From a virus (Duplodnaviria; Caudoviricetes): a stretch of DNA of 36,070 nt. This document shows, one piece after another, positions 35,230 through 36,070 of this stretch. Position 1 is the first letter of the stretch. Every line of letters starts with the position of its first letter. Position numbers and translations under genes: made by a program. The stretch spans positions 1 to 36,070 of IMG/VR virus record IMGVR_UViG_3300016472_000345. One strand, given 5' to 3'. Below the pieces are notes generated by a model. That model made no database searches and was not told where the DNA came from. It saw only the letters and a program-made list of their open reading frames with translations.

Positions 35230-35249
35230 TTTTTTTCCTTTCTAATTTA

Positions 35250-35618
35250 TTAATTTTCTAAATCTGCTAAATTTGATAAATCTTTAACATCTTTATTTAA
35301 GGCAATTATTCTTGCATTTTTATTAATCTCAATCCAAAGAGTCCATAATGTATATAACTTTTTATTTTCTGTTTTAAGTTCTAAGTATTTCCTATAATGG
35401 GGTTCGTATTTATCACTTGTCTGTAAATATTTTTCTATTTCTGCGTTTCTCATTTCTTGATTAGGTAAGTTTCTTATCTCTGCTGAACCTGTAAGATGTG
35501 CCTTGAGTAATGCAATTTTCTGTTCGTAATTTGTCATTTCTTGATAATTTTCATTTAAGTCGTTTGCAATTTGTATTAGTTTTTTTTCAGCTTTTGTTAA
35601 ATTTTCTATATAATTCAT
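35250..35618 (-). CDS. helical coiled-coil hypothetical protein
   Basis: GGAGG RBS and ATGA overlap with the upstream gene. Confidence 0.65.
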   Translation of the reverse strand: MNYIENLTKAEKKLIQIANDLNENYQEMTNYEQKIALLKAHLTGSAEIRNLPNQEMRNAEIEKYLQTSDKYEPHYRKYLELKTENKKLYTLWTLWIEINKNARIIALNKDVKDLSNLADLEN

Positions 35619-35983
35619 AGTTCAAACCTCCATTTATTTTTCCTTTCTAATTTTTCTAGTAATTCAATTATTTTATCTAATTTATTAGATATATCATTTT
35701 TGTTTTCAATTGTTTCATTTATTGTTTCATTTTGATTTAGATTAAAGTCAGATTTAATAGAATTTAAAGTAAATAAATTATTTTCTTTATTATTACTTTT
35801 TTTATTTCTTTTTTTATTCAATTCTCTATAATTATCAATATTAAATTCTGATTTAATAATTCTTGTAATTACTTCTGGACTTATATCTAAAAAATTAGCT
35901 AATTGTTTACGAGATTTATTTTTTTCATAAAATTTTTTAACTTCTTCTATTTTTGATTTACAGATTTGTGTTCCTCTTGGCAT
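35615..35983 (-). CDS. putative HTH DNA-binding protein
   Basis: SRKQLANFLDISPEVITRII; GAAAGG RBS. Confidence 0.65.
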   Translation of the reverse strand: MPRGTQICKSKIEEVKKFYEKNKSRKQLANFLDISPEVITRIIKSEFNIDNYRELNKKRNKKSNNKENNLFTLNSIKSDFNLNQNETINETIENKNDISNKLDKIIELLEKLERKNKWRFEL

Positions 35984-35994
35984 TTTTAACCTTT

Positions 35995-36070
35995 CTAATA
36001 TTTATTAATTAAAATTAATAAAATAAATAAAATACTTAATACAATCATTGTTTTTAATTTTATAAATCTT
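35995..36070 (-). CDS. 3' part of the junction-spanning 59-aa protein
   Basis: In frame with ATG 104 when the window is circularised; encodes a TM helix and ends at TAG 35995. Confidence 0.55.
   Translation of the reverse strand, partial: RFIKLKTMIVLSILFILLILINKY

Noticed and set aside
5464-35245. The many plus-strand ORFs in the track (e.g. 5464..5895, 11710..12246, 18238..18702, 28730..29056)
   Set aside because: They are antisense shadows of well-supported minus-strand genes, are F/L/S/I-rich, and lack RBSs or motifs.
1-36070. Stop-codon recoding (TAG or TGA read-through)
   Set aside because: Core genes are full length under the standard code, and TAA, TAG and TGA all end genes at tight operon junctions.

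Overview
This AT-rich 36,070-bp window reads as a complete, circularly permuted genome of a small tailed (siphovirus-like) phage. One reading frame runs cleanly across the end/start junction, and nearly all genes lie on the minus strand. In transcription order (high to low coordinates) it carries: SSB-like and NinG-like genes; a block of four glycosyltransferases, two SAM methyltransferases and one conserved phage protein; a DNA-modification locus (ParB-like, TET/JBP-like dioxygenase, broken terS copy, second ParB-like, TGT/DpdA-like transglycosylase, YhhQ-type queuosine-precursor transporter); terS, terL, portal, head and tail genes with a -1 frameshift tail chaperone; a lysis block; and an early/replication region (ArdC-like, replisome organiser with 22-bp iterons, DnaB-like helicase, XRE regulator). 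I saw no integrase, tRNA, CRISPR array or reverse transcriptase. The best candidate for a new system is the pair of stacked 'ParB + base-modifying enzyme' cassettes directly in front of the terminase, which lacks both deazaguanine biosynthesis genes and a cytosine methyltransferase. Several structured RNA elements and a set of apparently leaderless promoters also deserve follow-up. All protein calls come from motif recognition by eye; no database search was run.
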